From the NCBI GenBank assembly GCA_003427395.1, contig BFEA01000043.1, positions 4,118,439 to 4,182,438 of the forward strand: a DNA stretch of 64,000 bases, in the 5' to 3' direction. The position numbers and the translations under genes were made by a program. The notes beneath the pieces were generated by a model. That model was not told the DNA's origin. It ran no database searches and saw only the letters and a list, made by a program, of their open reading frames with translations. Numbering within the stretch: the first letter of the stretch is position 1; the number at the start of each line of letters is the position of its first letter. Positions 1 through 13,786 of this stretch are shown piece after piece. The stretch is from Chara braunii. Taxonomy: Eukaryota > Plantae > Charophyceae.

Positions 1-1514
1 GGGAAGATGTGGAAATGCAGAATGCCCGTTCACTTTCAAACAGTTCCGAGGTGAAGCAAAAACTGTGTTTTCTCACAGATTGGACATTACTAAAAATATC
101 CTCGTTCAAGGAGAATAGTCCAACTGACGCACTGGCAACACGATACTGGGAAGAGGCAAAAACGGTGCTCATGCACAGTCCCCGGATCCTTGCAGGGGTC
201 GACAGACACACGGAGGTCTCACACATAAATTGGATGGAAGTGGGTGCGGCTATAGCCTATAGTGTTTGTCATAAATGAATTTTTAGACAAAATTGAACAG
301 TTCGCTTATGCCTGGGCGACTGATCACAAAAACACTAGTCATGAGGCGTTCTTACATGAAGGTCTCGCATGGCCCAAACCCCTCGCCCTTGAGCTCTGCA
401 ACGCCCTATACGGCAGCCAACCGACTCTGGACCAACTGCGAACCCGGGCGAATCAACAACAAGACCAACTACAGCAACAACGACACCTGCTTACCCACAG
501 GCCTGGCCATGCAGCATCCACACAACAGCAACTGTCATCAAACTCCCAGGGCCACCACGCTATACAGCTCACAGACCCGGGGGGGCTCACAGACCCGGGA
601 GTCGCCCTTGCCCACCAAGCGCCATCTGAAGCTCAGTGCCTGCTATGCCCAGCCAAGAGTAGGCTAACACACGCGGACATCATGAATGACGATGACGACG
701 GAGACCCGGATGGAGGGAGCCAGGATGTGAGGGCCCTATTACCGTTGTTCCCCAAAAAACTTAAAGACATGGTGAGACTTGAACAGGACGACAGCAACCC
801 CAAAGACATTACACCGGGAGTAGTTTTGTTCCCCGTCACTAGGACTTAAGCAGAGGGGGAATGGCGACTGGGTCTTAGACAGCCTCCGGGCCAGTTTTCG
901 AATCCGTCATTTCGAACGGGGCTCACGGTGGAGGGGTGGATAGGGAACCCATCAACAGCTGCCTTACTGAAAAGGCTGAGTTATTGGGTTAAAGAGTCCG
1001 ACATCCCGGGAGTGGTCGGGACTGTCCTTCCAAAAGACCTCTCCTTCCCCAAAGGAATTATCCCTCTGATAATTTTCATTGATCCGCAAACAAGCAAGCC
1101 CAAGACAAACTCAGTGTTTCAATGGTTCACTCACTCACAGCTTATGAACCTTGCACCGGACCGCCTCAAACCCGACCAGACTTGGACCGCCCCTGCAATC
1201 CTCACATTCATGAGAATTTTCGTGGAAGACAATTTTCTCGAGGACCATAACCAATGGGACGATCTGCTCTTCGTCCTCCCACTCTAGGCCGCCCGCTGCC
1301 GACCTTCCTCCATAACTCCAGATTACGCTCACGCCGTCGCAGTCCTTATTGATGAAAGGTTCTGATCCGTCCCTTCGGCCCTCCCTCACGGGACCCCCAT
1401 CAGACCCCCCGAGGCTCGCCCCACCTCCGCCTTCCTCCTCAATGCCCCCCTCCCCCAACTCTACTCCCCCGGGTCAGACGTCAGCCGCAATGGGCGGCTA
1501 AGCTGGACACAGCG

Positions 1515-4500
1515 GATCTGGACATCCGATCGATCAATGTCAACGGTCTGATCCAGGCCTCACAAGCCAAAACAGACGCCATTTGAAACCTGATCAGATC
1601 ACTGGACACGGGTCAATGGCCTGACGCCATATGTGTGCAGGAGATACACCTGCAAGATACAATACCCCACAATGCCAAAGCTAAAGCTCTCTGGCCCCAC
1701 CCGTCCTTCACTGCGCCGGCCACAACAAGAGCCTCGCCCGGGGTGGCAATTTGGTTGCCGCCAACATCCAGACTCAAGCCGATCACATACGACTATGACA
1801 GGCATCACGGGCGGTGGGTGTACCTTAAAGTGGCAATGCAAGATGAGGAACTGTACCTGGTCTGTGTCTACGCCCCGAATGACCCAGCAGCCAGAATTGA
1901 CTTCTGGCTTACATTACAACAAAACTTGCCAGATGACGCCCCGATGATAATGGCTGGGGACTTTAATACCACGCTGGACCCAGCCTTAGACCGCAGATCA
2001 TCCTCACAACGCCAGGGAGCTCATGACCTTTTGCACAGCCCGGACACCGCTATGCTCAAACAATTTATGATGGTCAGGCAATTGCAGGACGCGTACAGGA
2101 CGCTGCACCCGACTAAAAGGGTGTATACCTGTCTGTCGCCTAGGGGACAGCAGGGCACAGCCAACTCACGAATTGACCTGGCTCTTATCTCCAAGGATCT
2201 CATGGGTCTGGTCATCACAGCAGATATCATGCCTATCAGTCCGTGTAATTCCTTTGACCATAGGATGATTGTACTTGGTCTATCTTTTCACTCTCACATC
2301 AAACGAGGCTCGGGCTTTTATAAACTTAACACCTCCCTTCACCCCCTCTCTAAATTCAAAGAAATGACATAAGACTTTTGGCAGTACTGGCAAACACAGA
2401 AGCCGATCACAGGTGAGAGGGTCTCGTGGTTTAACGAAGGAATGGCCCAACTCAGAGAACGAGCTAGGAGGTTTTCAATCCAACATGCAAGAGACCGTAA
2501 AGCCATACGGGAGAGACTCATGACGGAGCTAGAAGAATGGGATGAGCAATTGATGAAGGACCCGCTGCAATGCCCATCCTTCGACGAGCTCCAGAAAGGG
2601 AGAGACCGACTCCAAGACTACATAGACCACCAAACACAAGCTTGGAGGATTCAGGCTCGCGTCAAGCGGGAACGGGACCATGGCACGATGGCCAAAGTTT
2701 TTTTTGACATAGCCAAAGTGCGGACAAGAGTCAACACGGTCCCCTCACTCAAGCACCCCTTTGAAGAAGATGCCCCAGTAGCAACAAATGCCTGCGCGAT
2801 TGTGGACTATGCATCTAAATACTATCAAAAGTTGTTCACATTGCAAACCCCCGCAAAACCGCCACAGCAAGTCACCCAAGCACGCGAGCAACTTCTGCAG
2901 GCAATTCAGACACGCCTCACAAGTGTTCAAGCAACCCAATTGGACAACCCGCTCACGATGGAGGAAGTCAAGGGAACCCTTGATGATATGGATGATGAGA
3001 AAACCCCTGGGGTGGACGCCTTCCCCAAGGAGTTTTGGGTACAATTCTGGGATTTGCTGAAAGATGATCTGATGGAGTACATTGGAGCAATCCAACGGGA
3101 AGGCTCGTTTGGGGGAATGATGAGTCAAGGGGTCACGACACTTTTATACAAAAAGGGCGACAAGGAAGAGATCAGAAACTACATACCGATCACACTCCTC
3201 CCTGTTCCCTATAAGCTAGTGGCAAAAACATTGACCAAAAGACTCTTGCCGCTTATGAATCTACTCATACACCCCGATCAGTCCGGTTTTATGCCCAACC
3301 GTAATATCCAGGACAACATATTACTGGTCAACGAAACAATCAAATATGCTCGCCAGAGAAGGGTCCCGGGAGCGGTGCTCTTTATAAACTTTGAAAAAGC
3401 CTATGACCACATCGACTGGGATTTTTTAGACACGTGCCTAACCAGGATGAACTTCGGGCCAGTCTTCAGTCACTGGATACAGCTCCTTCACAGGTCTGCA
3501 TCAACGAATATTATGCTCAACGGTCATTTGGCATCTCCTTTTGCCCTCCAGCGATCGGTGTGCCAAGGGGACCCTATAGCGCCCCTGTTGTTTGTCATCA
3601 TTATGGAAGCCCTGGCCTCACTCATAAGAGCCCATCCTCGGATTCAGAAAGTACCAATCCCGGAACTGTCAGCCCACCTCGTCCCGATGACATCTTTGTT
3701 CGCAGACGACCTCACAGTGCTAATCCGAGCAGATAAACAAAGTTTCCAAGCGCTATTAGAGGTCATACACCAATTCTCAATGGCCGCAGATATGAAGGTG
3801 AATTGGAATGCTAAAACTGAAGGATGGTGGTTGCACCCCCTAGATGAAGAGCCTCCCCTGCAACCCCCGATTTCATGGGCTGCGAAAGAAATAGCAATCA
3901 GAATCTTGGGTGTAAAGTTAACAGCATTAGGTCCCCCACCGGATCACGGAGAAAACTTGGTAGACCAGGCAATTGACAGGGTGGCCAGATGGGAGAACCT
4001 GCACACGTCTCTTGTGGGAAGAGCGCTAGCAATTAATAATGTTGTCCTTGCAGCAATTTGGTACAAACTTGCGGTATGGCCCCTCAACAAAAAACAGTAT
4101 GCTAGACTCAGGCGGGCCCTGATAACTTTTCTGTGGAAAAACAGAGCTCAATCCCAAGGAACCCTTAACTGAGTGCAATGGGACATACTGACGCAACCAC
4201 GATCTAAAGGGGGGTTGGGAATACTTGACCCGGAAAGAGAAAGCGAGGCCCTCATTTTTAAAGTACTGGTTAGACTCCTCATACCCGATGACATCCCTTG
4301 GGCGCCGTTGGCCTCTTTGCAGATTACAAACCTGGCCCCGGAGTCACCGGCCGAAAACCGGGTCCACCCCTTCCAATGGCTAACAAACGCACATTGGTCC
4401 ATACCCTCTCCTACGCACCACAACCAACATCCACAGAATGAGAGGCAGGCCACAAAACAAGATATATCCAAAGATCCATTGTGGCCCTGCATGCTCAAAC

Positions 4501-6050
4501 TTTGGAGAAGGAGGGGTCCAAAACAGAAACGACCCGCCTGCAGGTGGCAGGAGATATGCCGTCAACCCCTCTTTGACAATCCCTTCATACTTGATGTCAA
4601 TGGGAATCCCTTCTCTCTTAGGGCAAACTCACCGTGGCTCAACTGGGTAAAGCGGGGCATATATACTATAGGTAATCTGTGGGATGTCACAAGAGCGGAT
4701 TGGATGTCACAAGATCAACTACAACCTAAATTGAAAAACACTAAACATGTCTCGGCCAAACTGCAAACGCTGCAAGAAGCAGTACCATTGGCCTGGCAAC
4801 TCGCCCTGAAAAGAGAGCCCTCACTGCAGCCAGGAGACTTGGTGGTCAAAAGAGCTGACTTACCACTACCGCTCATGATCTATAAAGTGGAAAGGAACAA
4901 CCATGAAACATGCAGGTTGGAGGCTCATACCCCGACACTGTCGAGTGCGAGGGTGTCAAAGTTAATAAAAAACGAACAATTAAACTGCAATGAACATAGT
5001 GAGGCCCTCATGCACATCAGAGTGATGGGGAGTCAAGAAGATGGATTCTTTGCCTACGAACCATCGACTCCGATTGCAGCCCTGCCTTTTGACCCTGAGG
5101 AGTGGGAATGGGCGAATGGTAAACCGATGTATATGTGGAACTACACGGTTAAAGGGGGCTACAGACAATCAACACCACAGCAGCAGATTGGGCCTACCGT
5201 TATAGCAAGATGGACTAGGGACTCTCCCATCGACCCTGCACAAGTGCAGAACCTGGCATGTCACACGTATTCTAAGATCATGCCCACCAATCTCAGATCA
5301 CTGTAGTGGGAGATCCTGCACAGATGTCTACCCACGCCGGATTGGCTGGTGTCCAGGACTAACCTGGAACAGAAAGGGCTGCTATCCATGATCTGCTCCT
5401 ACAGTGGGAGAGCTTCCCCCCCGGCTCCCGCGACGCTTGAACATTGTCTTCTGGCGTGTCCGATGATCGCCCAAATACAGCGGTGGTGGGATGCAGCCTT
5501 CCACTCCCTCACCGCTCACCACATTCCCTGGGATTTAGGCCTGCTGCTGCTTGGCAAGAAAGAAAGCGTCCCAAAGCAGTGGCCTGCGTTTGCAGTCAAC
5601 CTGTTCTCATATACAAGGCTCCACGTCTTAATGCTTGCTTGGTGTGCAAGGTGCTCCTTCGAAAGGAAAGAACACCAATTCGGACTACAGCAGGCCTAGC
5701 AAGTCTTGGAAGAAGTGATCAGAACGCACACCCACGAAGCATGGAGGACCATGAAACAGCAATATGCAAACGAGAAAGAACCGCAGGCAAGACTGACCAT
5801 CACGGAAATCTAGTTGCAGACATGGCAGGACCCACTTAAGATCTTCAGTGAGGTGGATCGCGAGCTAAACATCACTTGGAAGCCGTGGAGAGGCACAGAG
5901 CACACCTGGATCAGGAAACCCCTGACAGACTTCCAAATCTCGTACCTACCCACTAATTTCATCCTCCTGCCGACTCCGCCACCACCAAACGCTCCTCCCC
6001 GTGAAACACCTTTAAACACCGCCGCCCATCCTCCCAATCCCCCCACCCGC
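1515..6050 (+). pseudogene. LINE ORF2 (APE endonuclease + reverse transcriptase + zf-RVT-like C-terminus), broken by stops and a frameshift
   Basis: DLDIRSINVNGL, YAPND, AGDFN, SRIDL, FDH (EN). KTPGVDAF, YIPITLL, QSGF, FEKAYD, QGDPIAPLLF, FADDL (RT). TLEHCLLACP (C-terminus). Split over ORFs 1635-2372, 2442-4172, 4173-5306, 5349-5699 and 5814 onward. Confidence 0.92.
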
Positions 6051-6165
6051 GCCTTTCCTTCCTCTTCGATCCATACCCCCTACCCCGGCCCCCACCAGGT
6101 GCCGCTGGACCCGGTTTCCAGCAGGTGCCGGGGTAGGGGGTATGGATCGAAGAGGAAGGAAAGGC
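6051..6165 (+). repeat. Perfect 39-bp inverted repeat (hairpin) at the LINE A ORF2/3' UTR boundary
   Basis: 6051-6089 GCCTTTCCTTCCTCTTCGATCCATACCCCCTACCCCGGC is the exact reverse complement of 6127-6165. Confidence 0.9.
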
Positions 6166-6821
6166 AACAGGTCTTCATAAGGGTTGGACAAGGTCTTCAT
6201 AAGGGTGGACACTTCGACAGCTCCGCAAGCCTTCGAGTAAGACAGCCGGCGAGAAGAAAGCCCCAGACAGTCGAGGCGCAGTGGGCGACATCCATAGGCC
6301 GCAATCTCAGTGACAGTGGTAAGACCCAAGCAGGATATGCACACTGGGCCAACTCGACAGTGACTGTTATGAATGCGAAAGGAGCCAAAAAAAGCCAAAA
6401 AAGGTGGACCCGACAACTGGGAGCCTACAGGTTTACATGCCTGCAGAGATTCTTCGCTATAAATCTGGTGTGGTCCAGGTCCAGGTCGAGAGGATACGAC
6501 AAAGGTGGAACGATGGATGAGAATCGAAAAGCATTGTGGTACTCATACATGTGCTACCTTGAGGGCGGATTTCTTACCCGCTCCCTACATAAGTTCCAAT
6601 TTACCAAGGTTGCAATGTCATTTTGTTCGGAAGGGGGCCTCAGTAATAAGTAGACAGGGGGGCTGCTGAAATAAGGGCGGGGTTAATAGATAAGGGGCTC
6701 CTAAAAAAGGAGGGGTGATACTAGCAGCTCCATGGGATGTCAGAGCCTCAGAATGAGTCAGCAATAACCTTAGCCCCATGAAACAACAAACATCGATGTC
6801 AGTGTTTCATGATGTATCAAT

Positions 6822-6946
6822 GGGATGCTGGACCCGGTTTCCAGCAGGTGCCGCTCCCCACCAATAGATGGAGCAGCCCCACAGGTAAGCCCTCAATCCT
6901 GACGGTTCTCCTACCACTGTCAGGATAGAGGGATACCGCAAGGGCT
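6822..6946 (+). ncRNA. Conserved LINE 3'-terminal structured module, terminal-hairpin variant B
   Basis: GCTGGA..TCCAGC AGGTG cc GCTCC CCACCAATAGAT GGAGC, followed by an ATCCTGACGGT/ACTGTCAGGAT hairpin with a TCTCCTACC loop, directly before poly(A). Confidence 0.75.
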
Positions 6947-6978
6947 TTTCTTAAAAAAAAAAAAAAAAAAAAAAAAAA

Positions 6979-7105
6979 CAATTTGCAATTGCATTTCGGG
7001 CACCCTTTTTTTTTTCTTTTTTCGGGCACCCTACCGGAACAGAAAGCTGGGTTGCATAGTGCAATTATTTATAATTTATTTTTGTGACTCCCACGTAGTT
7101 TCCCC
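6979..7105. mobile_element. Truncated copy of the palindromic MITE-like element seen complete at 34998-35181
   Basis: Shares TTTGCAATTGCA.TTCGGGCACC, AAAGCTGGGTTG, CATAGTGCAATTAT and TTTTGTGACTCCC..TAGT with that copy. Confidence 0.7.
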
Positions 7106-7123
7106 TTTTTTAACTTTTCATTT

Positions 7124-7920
7124 TTAACAGTCCGGGGTGATGCTAGAGTGCTGATAAGAGCAGGTAGCACTCCCAGGGAGGCTCCGTCTATTGGTGGGGA
7201 GCAGCACCTGATGGAAAGGGGGTCTAGCGTCCCCGAACATTGTAGTAGTTGTTTGATTGCACGCGTGTTTGACTGGGGAACAGAAATGACAGCAAACTGC
7301 GGGTGTACCTAGCAAGAAGAGAGTTTGGCAGACAGAACTACATACATAGCGTCCTGTCTAGTTGATGTAGCTCAGTGGTTAGAGCACCGGTTGGAAATGC
7401 GCATTGTGGTATGAGGTTGCGGGTTCAAAACTCTGCAGCCTTGCGCATGGACACCGGCAGGGCGTTAGAATGACGCACGGCTGGATACACTCCCCTGGGC
7501 TGACGGAGGTAAGCTATTACAGACACTGCTTGCGCACCACCCAGGGGTAAGTCCATGGTCGTTGTATGTTGGGTTTGGGTTGTGGGATGTTTGCCTGATG
7601 CTCTTGGTTCTAGTGGTTCTTTGCAGGCTTGCATACTTGAGGATGATCGTTCATTTGCCTTCCAGTCCGATATTGCGTACAAATCGTTCAGTTTCTACAG
7701 TAGCTCAGTAGGTTCGATAGAAGATTCATGGATAAGGTCGTGTTCTCAAATTTGCTTAGCTAGTGGGAGGCAGAACCAAGAGACCTACACACCGCCCATA
7801 CACTCAGGAACAGCTTATGAGAGTGAGACTTAGTACAAACTGTGGTCAGTGTTGGTAGGTTTCTTGGGGCAAGATTAGAGTAGGGGGACCCATTGGTAGC
7901 TGGAGATCTGGGGGGGTCAG
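7124..7920 (-). mobile_element. 3' part of a minus-strand retroelement ending in module variant A (7131-7234); related sequence resumes at about 16400-16570
   Basis: Reverse complement of the module precedes an A-rich tail. The GAGAGTGAGACTTAGTACA unit occurs at about 7819, 16428 and 16514, on both sides of LINE B. Confidence 0.55.
7361..7445 (+). other. Degenerate tRNA-derived (SINE-head-like) sequence
   Basis: Box A TAGCTCAGTGG with D-arm GCTC/GAGC, and box B-like GGTTCAAAAC at 7422-7431. Acceptor and anticodon arms are poor. Confidence 0.45.
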
Positions 7921-9021
7921 ATGATCAAAATTTCTAGACAATAAAAAAAAACGCAGCCTTTGTGTTCATTGATTTTGAAAAGGCTTATGGTCATGTTGAT
8001 TGGATTTCTGGATGCTTGTTTTTCAAAGATGAACTTTGGTCCTAATATGTGTAGGTTGGTTCGTATCCTGCATCACAGTGCTACGACAAGAGTTTAGGTA
8101 AATGGCTTCCTTTCACCAGCAATAAGGCTTCAAAGGTCGGTGAGGCAAGGGGACCATCCGACACCTTTTCTGTTTGTAATAATTATGGAGGCCCTAGGGA
8201 CTAACCTTAGAAAGAATCAAAATATTAAACGTCTTCATATATATGGAATTCCCGAAGACGCAATTCCTATTATTTCAATGTTTACTGATGACCTCGCGAT
8301 CATGATGGAGGCTTCAGAATCAAATATGACAAAAATCAAAGCCCTGATGGACAAATTTGCCCAAGTTTCTGACATGGTGGTCAATTGGGGGAATAAAACA
8401 CAGGGTTGGTGGATTCACTCGAATGGGGATCGTCCACCAGAACAACCATGAGTTAATTGGGTTCCTTTAGATTCCCCAATAAGAATTCTTGGAGTTTCAC
8501 TGACAGCTCAAGGAAAACCTTCCATCAACGATGAGTGAATTTTGAGACCGGCAGTGGAGAAAATGAATCAATGCAAAGACAAAAATACCTCACGTTTTAG
8601 GAGAGCCCTCATCATTAACAATGTCATCCTTGCCTCTATTTCGTACAAATTAGCACTTTGGTCTATCAGTAAAGAACGAACAAAGACACCACGAAGGCAG
8701 GTGGCAGCATTTTTATGGAGAGGAAACCATGAGTTGGCAAAGGTAATATCAAGAGTCGCCTGGCTGTTCTTGATTTAGCCAAAAACCAAAGGAGGTCTAG
8801 GAATTTTGGACCCTTCCTTACAATATAAAGCTTTGTCGCTACAATGGATTAAAAAACTAATATTGTCTACAGACAAGCCTTGGCAAGATCTGGCATTAGA
8901 ACAGATTCGTAGGCTTGCGCCTTCCGCAACGGAGGATATACACCCACTCACTTGGTCAGAAGACAGGTATTGGAGAATTCCCAAGGCACAGACACAGTTC
9001 AAAGGAGAGGAAGATAGGAGT

Positions 9022-9872
9022 AACGTACCTTAAGAAGAAAATAGGGTGGGTGGGAGAAGAAAATGGGGGGATATCACGAGTCCTATCAGTGAGGGGGCTA
9101 GCTGGTAGGATGGGAGTATGGCACAACAGCAGCAGAGATGGTAACTCTGTTGCAGTTAGCCTTGCCGGAGGGAGGTGTAGAGGTTTGATGGGGGGGTTCT
9201 CTGAGTCGATTTCTGAATTTTGTCATAGTCACCTCAAAATGTTTTTTTCAATCTGGCCCTAGTTTCTTTGCCAGTTTCGAGATGTTTCCGGATATTTTTG
9301 GTAGTCTTGAGAATTGTTTAGGACTCTGGGTACTTCTTGCAAAGCAGTCTAGGTTTCCTTGATATTGTTTACTCATGGATCTGTTGGTTTTTCAATGCCA
9401 GAACGATGCTGGCCGGTGCTGGGGGATTGCCCTATTACCTGTTAATAGCAGGAGCGTGAGGCCTGGTAGAGAGATCTGGGGATGCATAGGGCCAGGCATT
9501 CCAAAGGAAAACCAAGGGTTGCTGTCTGGACGACGCTGACCAGAGCTGGGGTGAGACGTGTTGCCCTGTAACCCATCAGGGTGGGGGCATGAGGCTTGGG
9601 AGAGCTCGTCAGGGAGGAGGACAGTATTAAAGAATTTTAGAATGTTTTTTTGTGGGGAGCTTCCAGGGGTTATGAGCATTCGAAGGACTTCCACTAATAG
9701 CTGTTTGAATTTTTCTAGTAGTTCCTTGTCTAAATTCATGAAATTTTCTGATGATGGGACGCTGGGCCCGGTTCCCAGTTTGTGCCAAATTAAGAGGATA
9801 TGGTTGTATCTATGGGACGCTGGACCCGGGTTCCAGCAGGTGTTGCTCCCCACCAATAGATGAACCTGTTTG

Positions 9873-9908
<36 letters not shown>
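9022..9908 (+). mobile_element. RT-less poly(A)-tailed insertion carrying the LINE 3' module
   Basis: Removing it restores D-R-S-A-A-I-R-D-L (paralog E-R-N-T-T-Y-R-D-L). AGT is duplicated at 9019-9021 and 9909-9911. Module at 9814-9866; poly(A) at 9878-9909. Confidence 0.75.
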
Positions 9909-9911
<3 letters not shown>

Positions 9912-12377
9912 GCAGCTATAAGGGATCTTATATTTGATGACTTGTGGGTCTCGATGTTCAAAACTTGGCGCCAATTACCCTACCCAATAAACATTTTCCC
10001 TCTCGATATGAGGAAGTATTGCGACAACCTATTTTTGACAATCGATGGATCACAAACATAAATAGTCGAATTTTCAATAACTCCGTCTCACCTTGGACAT
10101 TGTGGGTAAAGAAATGGGTGTTGAGGATAAAAGATTTATGGGACCCGAGGACGAAAGACTGAAAATCGGTGAAACAGCTTAGACAAACCTTGAAATATGC
10201 GCATCAACTAGTTGCTAATCTGGAACAAATTATCTTTTTTTATACCTTTGGATTGGGTCAAAACATTGAGACAAGGACCTAAGATTAGGGAAGCAGATTG
10301 GGTTGTAGGATTTCGACCGGATGAGCAACATGTGATTGGTCAGGTGGTTCACACATTTCCTCATGAAGTCTTTGTGAATATCTTCAAATCCACAATGGAC
10401 CACCTCTTGGTGCAATCTCCTTCCAATACTGTCGAAATTTTTCTCTTCACAAAACTCTACAGAATTAGAGTTCTTTATATCCCATCAATTAAGGGTTGGA
10501 AAGCCTACCATCCTCAGATGCCTATCCCTGAACTTCTCTTTGACCCAGCAAAATGGATATGGCAGACTTCAAAGAAAGAGAAACCAAGTGTTCTACAATC
10601 CTTATCAGTGAAAATAACCTATAGGTTACTTCGGAACAAGGTTGACATTTCAATAATACTTCAAGAAAGGTGGACTAGGCATCTAAATATTGATATAAAT
10701 TTCATGAGGAACATAAAGTTTTTCAAAAATATTGGACAGACACCAGCCAAGTTCTCTTCCCTACAGTGGCAGATAGCCCACCGTTGTCTGCTAACGAATG
10801 ATTGGCTCATAGATCATTCCTCACTTGAGCAGAGAGGTCTAACAACACCCTAGTGTAGTTCCTGTTAAACAGTATTCCCGAATAGGAAAATTAGAGAAAC
10901 TATAGAACATATCTTTATGCAATGTCCAGGCTTAGTTCATCTCTGGAGAAGATGGGATTGTATATGGAGGGCTACGTGACACCATCGGTCGTGGATCCTG
11001 CGGCCGAGTTTTTTGGCGGCCGCGTCAAGCTCAGGCGGGCGTGCGCGGGAAAACAGCACGCGCGCGCGGCTGTCGCACATCGGCCTCTATGGCCCTGTCA
11101 AGAAAAAAACATTAAACATTTGGGGGGGCCAGGGTTGGGGATGTGACAAAATAAATTAAAAAAATAGAAAAAAAACTAGGTTCCCAATGGTCCGGAGACG
11201 GGACGTCTCCCCCGTACGTCTCCCCCGGATGTCTCCCAGGGACGTCTCCCTCGGACGTCAGGTACCCCCGTCGTCCGGATTTCCGGACGACGGCTTTTTG
11301 GCACTAAAAAAAATAAAAATAAAAATAAATCACAGTGTTACGCATGCCCTAGAAACCCCTCACAAAAATTTTCAGATTTTTTTGAGAATTTGGTGATAGG
11401 GTGGTATTTGGAATGGGGGGAGGGGTTACGATGGGTTTTGGTGGGGATAGGAGGGGTATAGGTGGGGGTTAAAATCTTTGAAGATTTTTATTATTTATTT
11501 TACTCGCCCAAATTATCCAAAAATTTGGTGGCATACACCTAATGCAAGGTGGAAGCCACATGATTATTTTCAAAAAAAAAAAAGATGTTTTTTTTTTTTT
11601 TTTTTTTTTTNNNNNNNNNNNNNNNNNNNNNNNNNNNNNNNNNNNNNNNNNNNNNNNNNNNNNNNNNNNNNNNNNNNNNNNNNNNNNNNNNNNNNNNNNN
11701 NNNNNNNNNNNNNNNNNNNNNNNNNNNNNNNNNNNNNNNNNNNNNNNNNNNNNNNNNNNNNNNNNNNNNNNNNNNNNNNNNNNNNNNNNNNNNNNNNNNN
11801 NNNNNNNNNNNNNNNNNNNNNNNNNNNNNNNNNNNNNNNNNNNNNNNNNNNNNNNNNNNNNNNNNNNNNNNNNNNNNNNNNNNNNNNNNNNNNNNNNNNN
11901 NNNNNNNNNNNNNNNNNNNNNNNNNNNNNNNNNNNNNNNNNNNNNNNNNNNNNNNNNNNNNNNNNNNNNNNNNNNNNNNNNNNNNNNNNNNNNNNNNNNN
12001 NNNNNNNNNNNNNNNNNNNNNNNNNNNNNNNNNNNNNNNNNNNNNNNNNNNNNNNNNNNNNNNNNNNNNNNNNNNNNNNNNNNNNNNNNNNNNNNNNNNN
12101 NNNNNNNNNNNNNNNNNNNNNNNNNNNNNNNNNNNNNNNNNNNNNNNNNNNNNNNNNNNNNNNNNNNNNNNNNNNNNNNNNNNNNNNNNNNNNNNNNNNN
12201 NNNNNNNNNNNNNNNNNNNNNNNNNNNNNNNNNNNNNNNNNNNNNNNNNNNNNNNNNNNNNNNNNNNNNNNNNNNNNNNNNNNNNNNNNNNNNNNNNNNN
12301 NNNNNNNNNNNNNNNNNNNNNNNNNNNNNNNNNNNNNNNNNNNNNNNNNNNNNNNNNNNNNNNNNNNNNNNNNNNNN

Positions 12378-12424
<47 letters not shown>

Positions 12425-12460
12425 CCCGCGCACGCACACACACACATACACACACACACA

Positions 12461-13786
12461 ATCAGTTTTAAGTATGTTTTTGTCTTCCCTTTTTCTGTTT
12501 TATGTCTTTAGCCGAGCACCCTCTAGCAGTGCTAAACAGTCGGTGGTTCCTCGTTTCGAGTGCCAACTGCACTCTTAGGGGGCCCGCTCAGTTCGGGATG
12601 TCTGTGTTGCCTGTCGGTGATGACGGATGGTCGTCGGAGTGTCCCCCTGGCTCAGCGGGTGGTGGGAACCAACAGCCTGCGGGTTTCTATCGTGATGTGA
12701 GTAGGTCATGTGTTGCTTTGCTCCGTGTTGGATGTGTAGACTGTCTTGTCTGCGCTCTACCGCGGTCTTCCTGCCCGTGCCGCTTGCCTTGTCGTCCTCG
12801 CTGCTCTGCTGCCTTGCTGCCTACCCGCGGATCGTGCCTCCGTGTCTTTTGCTCGCGTGCCTTGTGGTATGGTAGCCTTGTGGCGGTGCCTCGCGCTTCG
12901 TTGCACGGTTCCTGAGCTGCTTGTCTGTGTGCCCTGTCGGCCTTCAGTGTCATTTGCGTGCATGCCTTGTAGTTTGGTTGCCTTGTTGGTGGTGCCTTGT
13001 GCTTCATTGCACGGTTGCCGAGCTGCTCGTTTGCTTGCCCTGTTAGCCTTCCACGTCCTTTACTTGCTTGCGTGCCTTGTAGTTTGGTCGCCTTGTTGAT
13101 GTTGCCTTGCGCTTCACCGCACGGTTGCCCAGCTGCTCGTCCGCTTGCCCTGTAGTTCCTTGCAGTCGTCTTTGGTGATAAGCAGTTGGGCTGCCTCTAC
13201 TATGTTGCCTGGTGCTCCACAGGGTTGTTGCCCGCTGCTATGTCCCGCTTGGGGACAGTCTGCCTTCAACATGGGTCAAAGGGTTCATGACTCAAACCAT
13301 CAAATACGGGGATTTCGCAGATTCTCGAGGGTTCAGCCTCCTGATGAGTCGGTGCAATTCCGACGAAATAATCTCATCATCATCAGTTTTCATTTTTTTT
13401 CAGTCTTTCGATTTGCCTGGGACCTGCATTTTTTTCGGTTTGCCTGCCTTGGTGTGTTTGTGTGCTGGTTTTGTGTTCTTGTTGTCTGCCCTCCCGCCTT
13501 CCCCGTGCCCTCCAGCCTGTGCCTTGATGTCTTTTTGCGTGCTTGGTTTTGGCATGCCTTGATGTTTTTCTTGTCTGCCTGGTCTTGGCATCTTTTTGGG
13601 ACTTCGCTTGCTGGTGTGCTTGCACGTTTTTGGCACTGGGGAAAGTTGGTCATAGATAACCACGTTTGTACGAGGTAGCTCCAGTGAGTAGTAGGGTGGC
13701 AGCATGCAGTGTTTGTTTGGTTGCGGCACGACGGGGTGTACCATGGGTTCCATGGGGTGCGTGGCGAGTATGCCATGGGACATATT

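Larger units (their letters stand above)
1..6978 (+). mobile_element. L1/Tx1-clade non-LTR retrotransposon (LINE A), decayed; 5' end lies outside the window
   Basis: ORF1-like remnants (9-1287), then APE endonuclease, RT and C-terminal Cys/His motif. The 3' UTR carries the conserved module (6822-6946) and ends in poly(A) at 6953-6978. Confidence 0.92.

Noticed and set aside
6166-6653. Extra C-terminal protein domain on LINE A ORF2
   Set aside because: The frame stays open through a hairpin and UTR-like sequence, with no recognisable motif and no counterpart in other copies here.
11469-12578. Long ORFs here and at 19400-19910, 21037-21595 and 32161-33154
   Set aside because: Artefacts of N gaps and (CA)n or poly(A/T) runs.
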